NCBI GenBank assembly: GCA_040388375.1
Contig: JAZKBU010000001.1
Span: forward strand, 272,996 to 336,995
Reading direction: 5' to 3'
Origin: Bacteroidota bacterium
GTDB lineage: Bacteria; Bacteroidota; Bacteroidia; UKL13-3
DNA length: 64,000 nucleotides
A program made the position numbers and the translations under genes. Of the stretch, positions 9,169-19,318 are shown piece after piece. Each line of letters opens with the position of its first letter. Position 1 is the first letter of the stretch. Below the pieces are notes generated by a model. The model was not told the origin of the DNA. It ran no database searches and worked only from the letters and a program-made list of their open reading frames with translations.

Positions 9169-10074
9169 TTATTGAAAAAATATTTCGGCTGCTGCTTTAA
9201 AAGTATTACAGTGGGCATTTACAATATCGCTTATTTTAGGTGAGTAACCACCGCCCATGGCACAAGCAACAGGTATTTTATTGGCTTTGCATAATTCAAA
9301 TACAAAAACATCGCGTTGTTTACAAGCCTCAGTACTTATATTTAGCTTGCCAAATTTATCAGTAGCTAAAATATCAACCCCACATAAATAAAATATAAAA
9401 TCAGGGCGGTGTTTTTGTACAACCAAAGGTAAATGCTGATGTAATAAATCTAAATACATTGTATCGTTAGTACCGTCCATCAGTTCAATATCCATATCAG
9501 ATTGTTCCTTATGAAAAGGATAATTGTTTTTACCATGCATACTAAAAGTAAACACCGCTGCATTATTTTGAAAAATTTGTGCCGTTCCGTTTCCCTGATG
9601 CACATCCAAGTCAACTATTAAAATACGTTCAGCTAATTTATTTGTCAATAAATAATTGGCCGCTATAGCCATATCATTTAACAAACAAAAACCCTCCCCT
9701 TTATTAGTAAAAGCATGGTGAGTACCTCCGGCTATATTCATAGCACAACCATATTTTTGTGCATACAAAGCACCATCAATAGTACCTTGCATAATGGTTA
9801 TTTCACGTGTTACCAGTTCAGCCGATAAAGGAAATCCTATTCTACGCATATCGCGTTCAGATAGTAAAAGATTTTTCAAGTTATGCCAGTACCCATATTC
9901 ATGCGTCAGTAAAATGGTTTGCTCATTGCACACTGTTGGTTCAAATAAATTATTTTCCTCAATAATACCTTCGTACAATAATTGTTGTGGGATTAATTCA
10001 TATTTAAGCATAGGGAAACGATGCCCTTCGGGCAACGAATGCTGATATATATTGGAATAAGCTATTTTAAACAA
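9169..10074 (-). CDS. Histone deacetylase-family (arginase/deacetylase fold) amidohydrolase, AcuC/HDAC-like
   Basis: HDAC signature segments GGTHHAFTNKGEGFCLLND and DLDVHQGNGT, plus a Gly-rich MGGGY near the C-terminus. Confidence 0.8.
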   Translation of the reverse strand: MFKIAYSNIYQHSLPEGHRFPMLKYELIPQQLLYEGIIEENNLFEPTVCNEQTILLTHEYGYWHNLKNLLLSERDMRRIGFPLSAELVTREITIMQGTIDGALYAQKYGCAMNIAGGTHHAFTNKGEGFCLLNDMAIAANYLLTNKLAERILIVDLDVHQGNGTAQIFQNNAAVFTFSMHGKNNYPFHKEQSDMDIELMDGTNDTMYLDLLHQHLPLVVQKHRPDFIFYLCGVDILATDKFGKLNISTEACKQRDVFVFELCKANKIPVACAMGGGYSPKISDIVNAHCNTFKAAAEIFFQ

Positions 10075-10169
10075 AGTATAATTTAAAGATTGAACAGATA
10101 TTTAGCAATAAAACAGTTCAACAATGAAAAAAAAAATATATTTTGCCCTTGAAAAAATAATTTTAACTA

Positions 10170-11270
10170 GTGAAAATATCCGTTTTAAAAGAAACCCGCG
10201 AAGGCGAAAACAGAGTAGCATTAACTCCGGCAGTTTGCACACAACTTATAAAGCAAGGTTACGAATGTTTGGTAGAAACCAACGCAGGCTATAACTCAAA
10301 TTTTAATGACGATGCTTATACCCATGTTGGTTGTAAAGTTGTTTCAAAGAGCGAGGCACTGGCACAAGCTTCTATTTTAGCTAAAGTTAATGCACCAACT
10401 GATGAAGAAATAAATTTAATGCAAGCAGGCACTGCTTGCATTTCGTTTTTATATGCCAATAATAATCCGGAGCTCATTCAAAAATTAGCAGCTAAAAATA
10501 TCACTGCTATCAGTATGGATGCTATACCACGTATCAGCCGTGCACAAAATATGGATGCACTTAGTTCGCAAGCTAACTTAGGCGGTTATAAAGCGGTTAT
10601 TTTAGGCGCTTCACAACTAGGCAAAATATTTCCGTTGTTAATGACCTCAGCCGGAACGATTACTCCTTCAAGAGTTTTAATATACGGTGCCGGTGTAGCA
10701 GGACTACAGGCCATTGCTACTGCAAAACGTTTAGGTGCCATAGTAGAGTGTACAGACGTAAGACCCGAAACCAAAGAACAAATAGAAAGTTTAGGTGGAA
10801 AGTTTATTGAAGTAAAAGATGCAGAAGCAGCTAAAGTGGAAGGTGGTTACGCCAAAGAAGTTTCAGCAGAATATTTGCAAAAACAAAAAGAGGCCGTAAA
10901 CAAAAGTTTGTTCCAAGCCGATTTAGTAATTACTACTGCATTGGTAATGGGCAAAAAAGCACCTGTTTTAATTACCGAGGAACAAGTAAAACAAATGAAA
11001 TTGGGTGCTGTAATAGTTGATATGGCAGTAGAGCAAGGTGGTAATTGCGAGTTAAGCGAATTAAATAAAACAGTAATAAAACATGGTGTTACTTTAATTG
11101 GCCAAAGTAATTTGCCAAGTACATTACCACAAAACGCTAGTGAATTATATGCTAAAAATATTCAGAATTTATTAACCCATTTAGCCACTAAAGATGGTTT
11201 TAAGTATGAAATGGAAGAAGAAATTACCAAAGGAACTTTTATAACACACGAAGGGAAAATTTTGAAATAA
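10170..11270 (+). CDS. pntAA: NAD(P) transhydrogenase alpha subunit, soluble dI part (PntAA)
   Basis: Alanine-dehydrogenase/PNT N-terminal and NAD-binding Rossmann domains (VLIYGAGVAGLQAIATAKRLGA). It has a GTG start and is followed by the pntAB and pntB genes. Confidence 0.9.
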   Translation: MKISVLKETREGENRVALTPAVCTQLIKQGYECLVETNAGYNSNFNDDAYTHVGCKVVSKSEALAQASILAKVNAPTDEEINLMQAGTACISFLYANNNPELIQKLAAKNITAISMDAIPRISRAQNMDALSSQANLGGYKAVILGASQLGKIFPLLMTSAGTITPSRVLIYGAGVAGLQAIATAKRLGAIVECTDVRPETKEQIESLGGKFIEVKDAEAAKVEGGYAKEVSAEYLQKQKEAVNKSLFQADLVITTALVMGKKAPVLITEEQVKQMKLGAVIVDMAVEQGGNCELSELNKTVIKHGVTLIGQSNLPSTLPQNASELYAKNIQNLLTHLATKDGFKYEMEEEITKGTFITHEGKILK

Positions 11271-11357
11271 AAAACAACCAATTATTACTCAAATTTTATT
11301 GATGTAATAATTGGTAACAAATCATAAATCTTAAGTCAAAAATCATAAATATAAAGT

Positions 11358-11651
11358 ATGCTCGAATTTATAACACAACACATTGAAATGTTTTACCTCA
11401 TTATCTTAATGATATTTGTTGGTATTGAATTAATTGGCCATGTGCCATCGGTTTTACACACCCCTTTAATGAGTGGCGCTAACGCTATACACGGTGTAGT
11501 TATTATAGGCTCTATTATTGTAATGGGACAGGCAGAACATGTTGCTTCACTTATTTTAGGTTTCTTAGCCGTGGTGCTAGGCACCTTAAACGTGGTAGGT
11601 GGTTTTGTAGTAACCGATAGAATGTTGGAGATGTTTAAAAAGAAAAAATAA
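11358..11651 (+). CDS. pntAB: NAD(P) transhydrogenase alpha subunit, membrane part (PntAB)
   Basis: A 97-aa protein with three hydrophobic helices, lying between pntAA and pntB. This is the typical split-alpha arrangement. Confidence 0.85.
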   Translation: MLEFITQHIEMFYLIILMIFVGIELIGHVPSVLHTPLMSGANAIHGVVIIGSIIVMGQAEHVASLILGFLAVVLGTLNVVGGFVVTDRMLEMFKKKK

Positions 11652-11740
11652 GTTTAACAATTGTCAGATTGTTTAATTAAAAAATAATAATCCAACCATC
11701 TAACAATAATGATAAATCCATTAACACAAGAAATCATAAC

Positions 11741-13159
11741 ATGCAACAACATATTCTACAAATAATATACTTAATCGCTTCAGTAACTTTTATTGCAGGC
11801 TTAAAATTTTTAGGAAACCCTGCCACTGCGCGCAAGGGCAATTTAATGGCTGCCTTTGGAATGGTACTGGCCATATTCGGAACCATATTTTTATACACCA
11901 ATGAAGCAGGTGAACATTTACATAACCTTGGTTTTATTTTTGGTGCGTTGTTAGTAGGTACCGTAGTAGGCTGGATAGTAGCCAAAAAAGTACAAATGAC
12001 AGCCATGCCCGAAATGGTAAGTTTATTTAATGGAATGGGAGGCGCTTGTGCTATGCTTATTTCTATTATTGAGTTTAAACATTTAAGCGAAATAGATTTA
12101 AGTGCTGTAGCTGCTGGTCATTTATTAACCATTGTATTGGGTTTAATTATAGGCTCCGTTTCATTTGCCGGTAGTATTATAGCCTGGGGTAAATTAAGTG
12201 GAAACGTAAAAGACAAATCATTGGGCATGCAACAAGCAATCAATATAGGTTTGTTGTTGGTTATATTAATTCTTTCAGGTGTAATGATATTTGGAGGAAC
12301 ACCTTATACCATTGAAATATTCTATGCTGTATTTGCCTTATCGTTACTATACGGAGTATTATTTGTATTGCCTATTGGCGGAGCTGATATGCCGGTAGTA
12401 ATATCGTTATTAAATTCATTTACGGGAGTAGCTGCAGCTTGTGGTGGATTTTTATACGATAACAAAGTAATGTTAGTAGGAGGTATTTTAGTAGGTTCGG
12501 CCGGAACATTATTAACCATCGTTATGTGTAAAGCCATGAACCGTTCATTGGTAAATGTATTAATAGGAAACTTTGGAGGTGGCGCTAAAGGAGGAGATGC
12601 AGCAACTGCATCAAACTTTGAAGGAACCATAAAAGAAGTAACCCCGAGCGATGCAGCCATACTAATGAAATATGCAAAGAAAGTAATTATAGTACCCGGT
12701 TATGGTTTAGCAGTGGCACAAGCACAACATATTGTACACGATTTAGAGCTGTTATTGGAAGCAGAAGGAATTGATGTAAAATATGCTATTCATCCTGTTG
12801 CAGGACGTATGCCGGGTCACATGAATGTGTTGTTAGCCGAAAGTAATGTAAGCTACGATAAGTTAATAGAGATGGAAGAAGTAAATCCCGAGTTTGCTAC
12901 CACCGATGTAGTATTGGTTGTAGGTGCAAACGATGTGGTAAATCCGGCAGCTAAAACCGACCCAAGTTCACCTATTTACGGAATGCCAATATTAGATGTA
13001 GAAAATGCAGCCAATGTTATTGTAAACAAACGAAGCATGAAAGCTGGTTATGCTGGTATTGAAAACGAATTGTTTTACAAACCAAAAACAAGCATGTTGT
13101 TTGGTGATGCAAAAAAAGCATTGACACAACTGGTAAGTGAAATAAAAGCATTAGGATAA
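11741..13159 (+). CDS. pntB: NAD(P) transhydrogenase beta subunit (PntB)
   Basis: N-terminal polytopic membrane domain and C-terminal NADP(H)-binding dIII domain (VIIVPGYGLAVAQAQH...VVLVVGANDVVNPAA). Confidence 0.9.
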   Translation: MQQHILQIIYLIASVTFIAGLKFLGNPATARKGNLMAAFGMVLAIFGTIFLYTNEAGEHLHNLGFIFGALLVGTVVGWIVAKKVQMTAMPEMVSLFNGMGGACAMLISIIEFKHLSEIDLSAVAAGHLLTIVLGLIIGSVSFAGSIIAWGKLSGNVKDKSLGMQQAINIGLLLVILILSGVMIFGGTPYTIEIFYAVFALSLLYGVLFVLPIGGADMPVVISLLNSFTGVAAACGGFLYDNKVMLVGGILVGSAGTLLTIVMCKAMNRSLVNVLIGNFGGGAKGGDAATASNFEGTIKEVTPSDAAILMKYAKKVIIVPGYGLAVAQAQHIVHDLELLLEAEGIDVKYAIHPVAGRMPGHMNVLLAESNVSYDKLIEMEEVNPEFATTDVVLVVGANDVVNPAAKTDPSSPIYGMPILDVENAANVIVNKRSMKAGYAGIENELFYKPKTSMLFGDAKKALTQLVSEIKALG

Positions 13160-13180
13160 TAAAACCAATAAAAACTAAAC

Positions 13181-14353
13181 ATGAAAAAAATTTTATTGTC
13201 AGTAGCTTTATGTATAAGCATGTTGGCAAATGCACAAGATGCAGAGAAGAGAGAAGTTAAGTATGAATACATTCAACTCCCTTCAAGGCCATTGCCTGCA
13301 AATACCATGAACTACCATGTAACGGTTGATGCTCCGTACGCGGATAAAAATGATGAAAAGAAAGAAGAGTACGAAAAAAATAAAGTAGCATTAGAAACAA
13401 GGAATAAAGAAAAAGCAGATGCCTACAAGCAAAAAACCACCATGCAAAAAATAGCCGACAGGGCATTGCTAGACGAGAAAAAGCCTGTGACAGAGCACAT
13501 GAGTGAGCTTAAATTAAGCAGAACATTTGATTTAGATATGCTTGCCAATATGGTAAAACTGGAAGGCATGAACGATGTAGCTGGCAATGGTTTAAAAATT
13601 AACATCAGCCTAATGGGCTTTGAAATGTTAGAGCCTGTTGTAACCTTCGATAATATATTTAGTGGAGGACAAACAAATAAAAAGTACAAATACGAAATAA
13701 GCTATAAGCACCCCGTTGTTATTAAAGCTGAAGTAATAGGCTCCCAATTTATTTATTCAGAAACTCCTGAAAAATTAAATTCATTCAGTAAATTTTATAC
13801 CGAAGTATATAATAGCGAAGCCGAACTAAAAGCAAACTATGAAAAAAACAAAGAAGCTATTCTGAGTTCGTTGGAAGAAAAAGCCGTGATGGAAAGTATA
13901 AAAGGGGCCAATTTGTTATTGAACGATTACCATGCCTTGAAAAAGGTTAAACACGAATCAGATATATGGGTAGCCGAAGGTAAAAAATATGATTATACCG
14001 ATTATATAACAGCATTTGAAACAGCAAGCCAGGCTTATGTTTTATTAAAAAACGATGCAGAGAAAAAAGAATCAAAAGCTAAATTAGTACAATCTATTGC
14101 TTTGTGGCAAACTGCTTTTAGTCAAGCCGATTTAAAAGATAAAAAGGCGAGAGTAAACAGGGAAATAGCAGGCGCTACATTATTAAATATAGCAGAAGCA
14201 CAAATGTGGTCAGACCAATACGATGAAGCACGAATTACTTTAACCAAATTAAATGGTATGGATATGAAAGGCAAAGAAAAAAGACAATCAGAATCCATCT
14301 CAAAAATGATTGAAGAGTTAGAACCTCGTTACAGAGTATATTTTACTAAATAG
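13181..14353 (+). CDS. Hypothetical secreted protein, Lys/Glu-rich
   Basis: Clear signal peptide (MKKILLSVALCISMLANAQ). The 390-aa protein is charged and predicted helical, with no recognisable catalytic motif. Confidence 0.55.
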   Translation: MKKILLSVALCISMLANAQDAEKREVKYEYIQLPSRPLPANTMNYHVTVDAPYADKNDEKKEEYEKNKVALETRNKEKADAYKQKTTMQKIADRALLDEKKPVTEHMSELKLSRTFDLDMLANMVKLEGMNDVAGNGLKINISLMGFEMLEPVVTFDNIFSGGQTNKKYKYEISYKHPVVIKAEVIGSQFIYSETPEKLNSFSKFYTEVYNSEAELKANYEKNKEAILSSLEEKAVMESIKGANLLLNDYHALKKVKHESDIWVAEGKKYDYTDYITAFETASQAYVLLKNDAEKKESKAKLVQSIALWQTAFSQADLKDKKARVNREIAGATLLNIAEAQMWSDQYDEARITLTKLNGMDMKGKEKRQSESISKMIEELEPRYRVYFTK

Positions 14354-14376
14354 ATTTTCAACCATACATTAAGTAT

Positions 14377-14412
14377 AAAAAAAGCGCGAATTAAAAATTC
14401 GCGCTTTTTTAT
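14377..14412. terminator. Bidirectional rho-independent terminator
   Basis: aaaaaaagcgcgaatt-aaa-aattcgcgctttttt, a 9-bp GC-rich stem flanked by A and T runs. It lies between convergent genes. Confidence 0.7.
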
Positions 14413-14433
14413 TGTCTTCGTTCAACAATAATG

Positions 14434-15600
14434 TTACTTAATAATATTTTTTATTGGAGGTTTGGGTTTAAGTCTGTAACCCAAATAACATTCAACAAAA
14501 TCACCTTGAACACCCATTTTAGAGTCGAAAGTATTTTTAAAATTAATGCCCATAAAAAAATTATGCATAGGCGTATATTTTATACCAAACTTGCTGTAAA
14601 TACCCCCTGTTCCTACATACTTTAAATTATATACGTAATGCATTAAATAAATAGGAATACTAATTTTTCCTATTTCAAACTCCGATGTAAAACCAATACC
14701 CGCATGAAACTTATCTATAAATTTAATATCCGACATTAATTTAGGCGATAAGGTTCTGATATTGGGTGTTGGATCAAAATACATATCCAAGGCAAAACCA
14801 TAATTAAATAATTTATTATAAGCATATAAATACTGAGCGGAGAATACTCCTACCGGATAGGATACCGCAAGCGGTTTTAAGATACTTTTGTAACCACCGC
14901 CCGCAAAAGCCTGCCAATACCATATTTTAGTTAACTTACTCCTAAAAACAGTGTGCCCGCGGGTATTCATTCTATCGTAAAAAAAAGCACTTACTCCAAA
15001 CTTTGCATAACCCACACTAATCATCTGGTTAGGTGCTTTGGTACCTCCATTTGAAATATTAACCATACCAACCTGAAAATCTAAATCCATATTAGGTATA
15101 ATATTATGGTGTAACCCGAAACCCAGTTCGTATGCAAAATTACCGGTAGTTGATATGGAGTAATTAGAGCTATTGGTTTCCAGCTTATAATACTTATTCA
15201 TATAAGCACCACCTATACCAAACCTAAAAAAGCCATAGGTTTTGGGTAAATTTAACCAGTTAAAATCAATGTAGGGTATGGCAGTAACCGCCTTACCAAA
15301 AATAGAATTCAAAGGCAGGTTCATATAAGCAAAGTTTATTCCTATACGCGGATTGTTGTAAAGCTTATTCCAATCCTTTTGTCCGTCCGTTCTGTAAACA
15401 ATCCCAAATTCAGCCCCGGTTACTATTTTATTGTAGTTGCCAAACTGTGTTTCATTTGTTCTTAACGATACATCGTAACCCAAAAGTAATGATGAACTAA
15501 TACCAATATTTCTTAAAAATCTTGAAGTATAAACAGTTTGCGCCAATACAAACGTTGGCATAATACTTACTAAAAATATAATTATCCTTAACCTTTTCAA
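14434..15600 (-). CDS. Putative outer-membrane beta-barrel protein
   Basis: Signal peptide (MKRLRIIIFLVSIMPTFVLAQ) and alternating aromatic/Gly-rich amphipathic strands. The C-terminal region is typical of OM barrels. The family was not identified. Confidence 0.45.
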   Translation of the reverse strand: MKRLRIIIFLVSIMPTFVLAQTVYTSRFLRNIGISSSLLLGYDVSLRTNETQFGNYNKIVTGAEFGIVYRTDGQKDWNKLYNNPRIGINFAYMNLPLNSIFGKAVTAIPYIDFNWLNLPKTYGFFRFGIGGAYMNKYYKLETNSSNYSISTTGNFAYELGFGLHHNIIPNMDLDFQVGMVNISNGGTKAPNQMISVGYAKFGVSAFFYDRMNTRGHTVFRSKLTKIWYWQAFAGGGYKSILKPLAVSYPVGVFSAQYLYAYNKLFNYGFALDMYFDPTPNIRTLSPKLMSDIKFIDKFHAGIGFTSEFEIGKISIPIYLMHYVYNLKYVGTGGIYSKFGIKYTPMHNFFMGINFKNTFDSKMGVQGDFVECYLGYRLKPKPPIKNIIK

Positions 15601-15940
15601 ACTTTTTCCAAAAGTAGTTATTCGAAATACTTAATCAATGAGATAATTTAGTATGATTAAAGATTTGATTAAAAATCACCTTTTTATCTTTGCACATAAA
15701 CCAAGTACTTCACCATAACCTCCAACAACAAGACTGTTACCAATAAATACTTTAAAATAAAATACGCCACAAAAGCTATTTTAAACCATTTCTCTACACT
15801 AAACAAGCCAAAAAGTCAAATAATTGGTCTTGGATTAATTTTAGCTAAAATGAAAATGCTTAATAAATACTATCGATTGGTAGTTAAAATTATTTATTTT
15901 GCAAGCCACATAATTTTATAAATAAAACCAACATTTTCAT

Positions 15941-18900
15941 ATGTTAAATGCCATTTTAAGTAAGCTTTTTGGAAACAAATCTGACCGTGATTTAAAACCC
16001 ATTTATCCTGTTGTTAAACAAGTTAATGAGGAGTATAATAAACTACAAACCCTTAGCGATGATGAGTTACGTAATAAAACAAATGAGTTTAAAGACTACA
16101 TTAAATCTAAACTAAGTAGTTTAGACAGCAATATAGCTGAATTACAAGAACAAACGGAAGTTGTTGATATTGATTTAAACGATAAAGATGATTTATTTAA
16201 AGAAATTGATAAGCTAAAAAAGCAACGTGATGCAGAAATTGAAAATGCTTTAACAGAATTACTTCCACAAGCTTTTGCCGTGGTGAAAGAAACTGCACGC
16301 AGGTTTACCGAAAACAAAAAATTATCCGTTACTGCTACTGATTTTGACAGAGATTTAGCTGCACAAACAAAACCTAAAAAACCCGTTACTATTGATGGCG
16401 ACAGAGCCAATTATTCAAATAGCTGGGAAGCTGCCGGTAATAATGTAGTTTGGAATATGGTACATTACGATGTACAGTTAATAGGTGGTATAGTGTTACA
16501 CTCAGGCAAAATTGCCGAGATGGCAACAGGTGAAGGTAAAACATTGGTTTCTACTTTACCTGCTTACTTAAATGCATTAGCAGGCGAAGGAGTGCATATA
16601 GTTACCGTAAATGATTATTTGGCACGAAGAGATTGCGAGTGGAATGCTCCATTATTTGAATTCCATGGTTTAAGAGTGGATTGTATTGATTACCATGAGC
16701 CAAACTCAGAAGCAAGACGCAACGCTTATTTAGCCGATATTACTTATGGTACCAATAATGAATTTGGTTTTGATTATTTACGTGATAATATGGCACGTGA
16801 TAAAGAAGAGCTGGTACAAAGAAAACACCATTTCGCCATGGTGGATGAGGTTGACTCTGTTTTAGTAGATGATGCAAGAACCCCTTTAATTATTTCAGGA
16901 CCAGTTCCAAAAGGCGATGACCAACAGTTCTTTGCACTAAAACCACGCGTAGAAAGATTGGTTAATGCTCAAAAGCAAGTATTTAATATGGTGCTAGCCG
17001 ATGCAAAAAAATTAATTGCAGCAGGCGATGAAAAAAATGGCGGATTCAAACTCCTTCAGGCACACCGTGCAATGCCTAAAAACACTGCCTTGATTAAATA
17101 TTTAGGAGAGCAAGGCATTAAACAAATTTTAACTAAAACGGAAAGCCACTATATGCAGGACCAACAAAAGGAAATGCATAAAGTAGATGCCGATTTATAC
17201 TTTGTAATTGAAGAAAAATTGAATTCAATAGACCTGAGTGAAAAAGGAGTTGAGTTAATTACTTCAAGTGGCGAAGACCCTCACTTTTTTATTATTCCTG
17301 ATGTAGGTTCATCCATTGCACAAATTGAAAACAATGCGGATTTAAGCTCAGATGAAAAAGTAGCTTCTAAAGAGCAGTTAATGTTTGATTTCTCTATTAA
17401 ATCAGAACGTATACATACCGTAAACCAACTTTTAAAAGCTTATTGTATGTTTGACAAAGACGTTGAATACATTATTAGCGATGGAAAAGTAAAAATAGTT
17501 GACGAACAAACAGGCCGTGTTTTAGATGGCAGACGTTATAGCGATGGTTTACATCAGGCTATTGAAGCAAAAGAAAATGTAAAAGTAGAAGCTGCTACAC
17601 AAACCTATGCTACCGTAACACTACAAAACTTTTTCAGAATGTATCACAAGCTTTGTGGTATGACAGGTACTGCTGAAACAGAAGCTGGTGAATTATGGGA
17701 AATATACAAATTAGATGTAGTAGTAATTCCAACCAACAGGGCCATATCTCGTAAAGACGAGAATGATATTATTTATAAGACCAGACGCGAAAAATACAAT
17801 GCTGTAATTGACGATGTCGTAAAACTAAGTGAAGCCGGTCGCCCTACCCTAGTTGGTACTACTTCAGTTGAAATTTCGGAACTACTTAGCCGTATGTTAA
17901 GTATGCGAAAAATTAAACACAATGTTTTAAATGCTAAACAAAATCAACGTGAAGCAGAAATTATTGCAGAAGCCGGTCAAAAATCAGCGGTAACAATAGC
18001 TACCAATATGGCTGGTCGTGGAACCGATATAAAACTAGGTGAAGGTGTTAAAGAAGTAGGCGGATTAGCGATAGTTGGAACGGAACGCCATGAATCAAGA
18101 CGTGTGGACAGACAGTTAAGAGGTCGTGCAGGTCGTCAGGGAGATCCGGGTTCTTCTCGTTTCTACGTTAGTTTGGAAGATGAGTTAATGCGTTTATTTG
18201 GTAGCGAACGTATAGCAAAAGTAATGGACAGATTGGGTATGAAAGAAGGTGAAAACATAGAACATTCTTTAATTACCCGAAACATAGAAAATGCCCAACG
18301 TAAAGTAGAGCAAAACAACTTTGGTGTAAGGAAACGTTTGCTTGAGTACGATGACGTAATGAACTCGCAACGTGAAGTAATATACTCTAAACGCAGAAAT
18401 GCTTTGTATGGCGATAAATTAGAGCTTGACTTAAGTAATATGTTACACGATTTAAGTTACGAGTTAGTAGAAATTTACCAAGAGACAAAAGACTATGTTG
18501 AATTTAAACTTGAATTACTTCGTTTACTTACCCACGAAACACAAATAACGGAAGATCAATTTTCAGGTAAAACAGAAAATGTAGTTGATTTATTGTTAGC
18601 CGAATTAAGTGACCATTATAAACAGAAATTAGCTAATATGGCTATTCAGGCTGCTCCGGTATTTAACCAGGTTAATACTGAAAATAACGTAGCCGATTAT
18701 GAAATAATAATTGTTCCGATAACTGATGGATTCAGAAACATTCAAATACCTGTAAATATAAAAAATGCGGTCGCTAACCAAGGTCGTGAAGTAGCAAAAA
18801 CTTTCGAAAAATTTGCCTCACTTTGGATGATTGATGATGAATGGAAAGAACATTTACGTGAAATGGATGATTTGAAACAATCATCACAAAATGCGGTGTT

Positions 18901-19264
18901 TGAACAAAAAGATCCATTGCTTATTTACAAACTAGAATCGTTTAACTTATTTAAAGGTTTACTAAGCAGAATAAACCGCGAAGTATTAGGTATGTTGTTC
19001 AGAGGACACATTGTTATTCAAAACAACCAAAATATACAAACAGTAAGTTCGGCTCCTCGTAAAGAGCCGCAACCAAAATTACAAACAAGCAGAACTGATG
19101 ATTTAGCTGAAGCACAACAAAAAGCTGCTCAAGCAGGACCACCGGTTAGCGATAAGCCAAAACAACAACAAATAGTAAATGATTTAAAAATTGGCCGAAA
19201 CGATTTATGCCCTTGTGGTAGCGGTAAAAAATACAAACAATGCCACGGTAAAGAAGTAGCATAA
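15941..19264 (+). CDS. secA: Preprotein translocase ATPase SecA
   Basis: Walker A (MATGEGKT), DEAD-like motor motifs, and the C-terminal zinc finger CPCGSGKKYKQCHG. Length 1107 aa. Confidence 0.97.
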   Translation: MLNAILSKLFGNKSDRDLKPIYPVVKQVNEEYNKLQTLSDDELRNKTNEFKDYIKSKLSSLDSNIAELQEQTEVVDIDLNDKDDLFKEIDKLKKQRDAEIENALTELLPQAFAVVKETARRFTENKKLSVTATDFDRDLAAQTKPKKPVTIDGDRANYSNSWEAAGNNVVWNMVHYDVQLIGGIVLHSGKIAEMATGEGKTLVSTLPAYLNALAGEGVHIVTVNDYLARRDCEWNAPLFEFHGLRVDCIDYHEPNSEARRNAYLADITYGTNNEFGFDYLRDNMARDKEELVQRKHHFAMVDEVDSVLVDDARTPLIISGPVPKGDDQQFFALKPRVERLVNAQKQVFNMVLADAKKLIAAGDEKNGGFKLLQAHRAMPKNTALIKYLGEQGIKQILTKTESHYMQDQQKEMHKVDADLYFVIEEKLNSIDLSEKGVELITSSGEDPHFFIIPDVGSSIAQIENNADLSSDEKVASKEQLMFDFSIKSERIHTVNQLLKAYCMFDKDVEYIISDGKVKIVDEQTGRVLDGRRYSDGLHQAIEAKENVKVEAATQTYATVTLQNFFRMYHKLCGMTGTAETEAGELWEIYKLDVVVIPTNRAISRKDENDIIYKTRREKYNAVIDDVVKLSEAGRPTLVGTTSVEISELLSRMLSMRKIKHNVLNAKQNQREAEIIAEAGQKSAVTIATNMAGRGTDIKLGEGVKEVGGLAIVGTERHESRRVDRQLRGRAGRQGDPGSSRFYVSLEDELMRLFGSERIAKVMDRLGMKEGENIEHSLITRNIENAQRKVEQNNFGVRKRLLEYDDVMNSQREVIYSKRRNALYGDKLELDLSNMLHDLSYELVEIYQETKDYVEFKLELLRLLTHETQITEDQFSGKTENVVDLLLAELSDHYKQKLANMAIQAAPVFNQVNTENNVADYEIIIVPITDGFRNIQIPVNIKNAVANQGREVAKTFEKFASLWMIDDEWKEHLREMDDLKQSSQNAVFEQKDPLLIYKLESFNLFKGLLSRINREVLGMLFRGHIVIQNNQNIQTVSSAPRKEPQPKLQTSRTDDLAEAQQKAAQAGPPVSDKPKQQQIVNDLKIGRNDLCPCGSGKKYKQCHGKEVA

Positions 19265-19318
19265 AACTAAAAAATAACTAATAAAATCCAATAACAACAT
19301 TGGGTTTTATTTCATATT

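Noticed and set aside
10075-10169. Possible riboswitch or attenuator in the 95-nt A-rich leader upstream of pntAA
   Set aside because: I cannot see a conserved stem or a recognisable aptamer, only an A-run typical of AT-rich promoter regions.
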